Shown here in pieces: positions 60,527 to 64,000 of a stretch of 64,000 nt of DNA. The notes beneath the pieces were generated by a model. It worked only from the letters and a program-made list of their open reading frames with translations, made no database searches and was not told the origin of the DNA. The stretch covers positions 352,001-416,000 of the forward strand of contig CBDBPB010000007.1 in assembly GCA_965208615.1 (NCBI GenBank), read 5' to 3'. Each line of letters begins with the position of its first letter. Position 1 is the stretch's first letter. This stretch comes from Spirochaetota bacterium (GTDB lineage Bacteria > Spirochaetota > UBA6919 > CBDBPB01). The translations under genes and the position numbers were made by a program.

Positions 60527-61117
60527 ATGGATAAACCTATAAGTTTTATAGTTTGTGGTGTTTTTCGTCCAGAGATAAAAGCTCTACAAGAAAAACGTTT
60601 ACTTGACTTTCCTATTAAATATCTGGACTCTAACTTGCACATGAAGCCTGAGGTGTTGTGTAATAGATTAGCTAAACTCTTAGATAAGCGAGCTAATGAA
60701 GATAAAAAAGTTCTTTTGACCTATGGGGAGTGCCATGCTCACATGATAGATCAAGAATCAGAAGAAAATGTAATTCGTTTAGAAGGGGTTAACTGTATAG
60801 AGATATTTCTTGGTACAGAGAAATATAGACAATTGCTTAAAGAAAAAGCTTTTTTCTTACTTCCAGAGTGGGTATTACGATGGAAAAAGATTATTAGTAA
60901 AATACTTGATCTTGATAGTAAATCAACAATTGAGATAATCAAAGATAGTCATTCTAAATTTGTTTATATTGATACTGGGGTCTTACCTATACCAGAAAAA
61001 GAAATAAAAGAATGTTCTAAATATTTTGACTTACCTTATGAGATACTTAACATCTCTCTAGATAATTTTCTTAATTTACTTAATAAGGCTTTAGGAGAAT
61101 TGATAGAGAGTGGATAA
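60527..61117 (+). CDS. DUF1638 domain protein
   Basis: CGVFRPE, LHMKP, YGEC, NCIEIFLG, FFLLPEW and YIDTG motifs. Confidence 0.8.
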   Translation: MDKPISFIVCGVFRPEIKALQEKRLLDFPIKYLDSNLHMKPEVLCNRLAKLLDKRANEDKKVLLTYGECHAHMIDQESEENVIRLEGVNCIEIFLGTEKYRQLLKEKAFFLLPEWVLRWKKIISKILDLDSKSTIEIIKDSHSKFVYIDTGVLPIPEKEIKECSKYFDLPYEILNISLDNFLNLLNKALGELIESG

Positions 61118-62907
61118 TGGATATAAAGGCTCTACAGCTTAAGCATGCCTTTTCCACTATGACTATAGATGTTATCAATGAGGTACTAAGCTATTCAGAA
61201 AATTTATCTCATGTAATAAGCTCACTTTCAGGTAGCATTAAAGAGTTAAGTGGTTCTAAAACTATTATTATGATGCAATACATCAGCAAAAAGGATAAAG
61301 TTGAGAATCGACTTTTAGGTGTAACTCCCAAGCGTTTTAAAAAGCTATTTGACCTAGAAGAGATGTCAGAAATACTTACCTTAAGTTATGATTTGTCAGC
61401 AATAACAATATGCGACTATAAAAATAATGATAGATTATCCATTTTATTAAACAAAATTGGATATCCTTTATCCACTATTTTACCTTTAGAATTTGGAACC
61501 TTTAAAATTGGGACGGTTTTTATATTAGGTGTCCATGAAAAATATTTAAAAGATACTCTACAACTACAAAAATCATTGGCTAAGACTATAGCTATTGTTT
61601 TACGTAATTCACTTTTGATAGAGGAACAAAAAGATAATATTCAAAGACGTAAAGAGGCTGAGGCTGAATTAAGAAAGAATCAAGAGAACCTTGAAGAAAT
61701 AGTCAAAAATCGTACTGTAGATTTAATTAACATTAACCATGAGTTAGAACAAGTAATTATTGAACAAAAGCAGGCAGAGAAAGCTTTAAAAGAAAGTGAA
61801 GAAAGATATAGACGCTTGACTGAAAATGCACGTGATATTATTTTTCGTGTAACACTACCAAATGGTATATGCGAGTATATAAATCCGGCAGTGGAGAATA
61901 TATTAGGCTATACTCAAGAGGAGTTTCATAAAATTCCATTTTTTATAGCTAAAATAATACATCCAAATTGGAGAGACTATTTAAGGAAGAGTTGGGCTAA
62001 CTTAATTAATGGTACGCTCTTGCCATTTTATGAGTATCAGGTTATAGATAAATTTGCTAAGGCTAAGTGGTTACACCAGCGTAGTGTTATAGTTTATGAC
62101 AGAGATAATAAGCCTATTGCTCTTGAGGGTATTATGACTGATGTTACTGAGCGTAAACAGGCTGAAGAGGAGGTTAAAAATCTTAATAATAATCTTGAAA
62201 AAATGGTTGTTAAGCGAACCGAACAACTAGAGCTTAATTATAAAGAGTGGGAGGCACTTTCTTATTCTATCTCCCACGACCTAAGAGCTCCATTAAGGGC
62301 TATTGACGGATATAGTCAGGCTATAATAGAGGATTACGGCGATAAGCTGGATGGTATTGCTAAAAACTACCTTGAACGCATGAGAAAAGCAACTCAGCGT
62401 TTGGGTATAGTTATGGATGAGCAGTTAAAACTTTTTAAAATATTAAGAAATGACTTAAATAAAAAAGATATTAGTCTTAGTGATATTGTCAATAAGGTTA
62501 TAAGTAATATTCAGACTAGCTTTCCCAAGCGGAATATCAATTTTATTGTCCTTAGTAATGTTCTTGTAGTAGGAGATCCAGGGCTTATTAGGGTTGTTAT
62601 GGAAAACCTTTTGTTTAATTCATATAAGTTTACTAAGTATTGTGATAATCCTGTAATAGAGTTTGGAATGGTAAAAATAAAAGAAAAAAATACTTATTTT
62701 GTTAAGGATAATGGAATAGGGTTTGATATGTCCTTTAGTAATAAACTATTTAAGCCTTTTCAGCAACTACACATATCTGATAAATTTGAGGGTTATGGTG
62801 TTGGTCTTGCAACTGTAAAGCGTATTATTGATCGTCATGGAGGCAAGATTTGGGCAGAGTCTATCATAAATAAAGGGGCAACTTTTTATTTTACGTTAGA
62901 TAGTTAG
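61117..62907 (+). CDS. Sensor histidine kinase (GAF-like, coiled coil, PAS/PAC, HisKA, HATPase)
   Basis: SEERYRRL..YINP..GYT, DVTERKQAE, SHDLRAPLRAI, NSYKF, DNGIGF and GYGVGLA motifs. Confidence 0.94.
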   Translation: MDIKALQLKHAFSTMTIDVINEVLSYSENLSHVISSLSGSIKELSGSKTIIMMQYISKKDKVENRLLGVTPKRFKKLFDLEEMSEILTLSYDLSAITICDYKNNDRLSILLNKIGYPLSTILPLEFGTFKIGTVFILGVHEKYLKDTLQLQKSLAKTIAIVLRNSLLIEEQKDNIQRRKEAEAELRKNQENLEEIVKNRTVDLININHELEQVIIEQKQAEKALKESEERYRRLTENARDIIFRVTLPNGICEYINPAVENILGYTQEEFHKIPFFIAKIIHPNWRDYLRKSWANLINGTLLPFYEYQVIDKFAKAKWLHQRSVIVYDRDNKPIALEGIMTDVTERKQAEEEVKNLNNNLEKMVVKRTEQLELNYKEWEALSYSISHDLRAPLRAIDGYSQAIIEDYGDKLDGIAKNYLERMRKATQRLGIVMDEQLKLFKILRNDLNKKDISLSDIVNKVISNIQTSFPKRNINFIVLSNVLVVGDPGLIRVVMENLLFNSYKFTKYCDNPVIEFGMVKIKEKNTYFVKDNGIGFDMSFSNKLFKPFQQLHISDKFEGYGVGLATVKRIIDRHGGKIWAESIINKGATFYFTLDS

Positions 62908-62937
62908 CTTATAGGCTTATTTTTTAATAAAAAGGGT

Positions 62938-64000
62938 TTATTTAATTGTTTGAACTTCTACTCCCTTAACGTCTTCTTCTCTTTCATACTGATTTTGCCA
63001 ATATGCTCTATTAGACCTTTGTATTGCACTTCTTTTTTTTGATATACTCCCTAGTTCGTTAATCATGATTGGTTTTCTAATTTTTAGTTCTGTTTTTGGT
63101 TTAATAGGACTTTTTATAATTGGATATTTACCTCTATAAAAGCAATAATGATTATTTTTTTCTCCGACTACCAAAGCTATATTACTTAGATTATCTGTTT
63201 CTGCACTGCCTCTAAGATCAGTAACAGCCCTTTTATACTGACCTTTTTTACTGCCGATAAACCTTATATTAACTCCCTTAACAAAACGATTTTTATTATC
63301 CAAAACAGTTATACGCACACGTCCAGATATAGTTTTTTCAATGACATCCAGTGTAAGGTTGCTTTTTAGTATAATCCCAGATCCCTGAACCTCATCAGAC
63401 TTGAATACTAATAAATATGCACCAACCTTTTTTATTGGCAGTTTAATACTAGTCTTAATTGGAGTATGGGGGATATATCTAGAAAGGCTGTATTTTCTTT
63501 GGAAGAATGGTTTTATACCGGATAGATTTATCTTTGTAACTTTAGTAAGGTCTTTTTGTTTTAGGGCCAAAATAGTAAAATTAACCTTATATAGTTTTAG
63601 CATAACATTTTTTAGTCCTTTGAATGTTAGATCGATTTTACTAATTTCTTTTTCTTTTATCTGTGTAACTTCTTTTAGGAGTATTTTTTTTTCTTTAATA
63701 AACTCAATACTTCTTTTTGCCTCAACAAACTTATTTTTAACTTTGTTATACTCTCTAAGAGCCTTGATAAACTTTTTTTGGTAGTGGTATATTTTAGCTA
63801 ACATTAGTATAGCGAAATATTTATTATCACTTTCTTTTTTTAGGTTTAGCTCACCGGGGAAAAGGTCATAGGAAACTGATTTGGCAAAGTTACGCGCTTT
63901 TAGATAGTCCCCTTTTTTAAATAGGGCATGAGCGGCTATAAACTTGTATCCATCTAGGAATCTACTATTTTTATATCTCCTTGAATATAGTAAGGCCTTA
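62938..64000 (-). CDS. C-terminal part of a large TPR/macroglobulin-like protein (5' end outside window)
   Basis: The frame stays open from 63999 through the track's ATG at 63804. TPR-like helices are followed by beta-rich GAYLL...TDLRG. Confidence 0.7.
   Translation of the reverse strand, partial: KALLYSRRYKNSRFLDGYKFIAAHALFKKGDYLKARNFAKSVSYDLFPGELNLKKESDNKYFAILMLAKIYHYQKKFIKALREYNKVKNKFVEAKRSIEFIKEKKILLKEVTQIKEKEISKIDLTFKGLKNVMLKLYKVNFTILALKQKDLTKVTKINLSGIKPFFQRKYSLSRYIPHTPIKTSIKLPIKKVGAYLLVFKSDEVQGSGIILKSNLTLDVIEKTISGRVRITVLDNKNRFVKGVNIRFIGSKKGQYKRAVTDLRGSAETDNLSNIALVVGEKNNHYCFYRGKYPIIKSPIKPKTELKIRKPIMINELGSISKKRSAIQRSNRAYWQNQYEREEDVKGVEVQTIK

Overview
This is a very AT-rich (roughly 30% GC by eye) bacterial chromosomal segment, most likely from a spirochaete. 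That call rests on a FlaB-type flagellin with a sigma28 promoter and CsrA-type hairpins, two Leptospira-like PilZ proteins and a spirochaete-type hypothetical protein. Most of the window is housekeeping and metabolic genes with little synteny: trpD, murI, thiE, gatA, hypE, ald, feoAB, recG, floA, aconitase, oppDF, a nitrite/sulfite reductase, a pentaheme cytochrome, queG-cobU-cbiB, mgsA, metG, a split PFOR, lpxD and flaB. I saw no rRNA, tRNA, CRISPR array or intact mobile element. Two loci stand out. (1) At 10.4-14.6 kb there is a tandem array of self-contained cassettes. Each has its own sigma70-like promoter and SD, a hypervariable glycine-zipper membrane segment built from NNT codons, a charged linker, an optional helical domain and a conserved overlapping 33-aa mini-ORF resembling the tail of an Mrr-family nuclease. 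A near-consensus antisense promoter, a copy of the ald promoter, sits directly downstream of the two internal units. (2) At 58.8-62.9 kb there is a tightly coupled operon: corrinoid protein, a UroD/MtaA homologue lacking its Zn-binding cysteines, DUF1638 and a PAS histidine kinase. It looks like a cobalamin-based sensory module rather than a methyl-transfer pathway. All family assignments come from motif recognition, not database searches.
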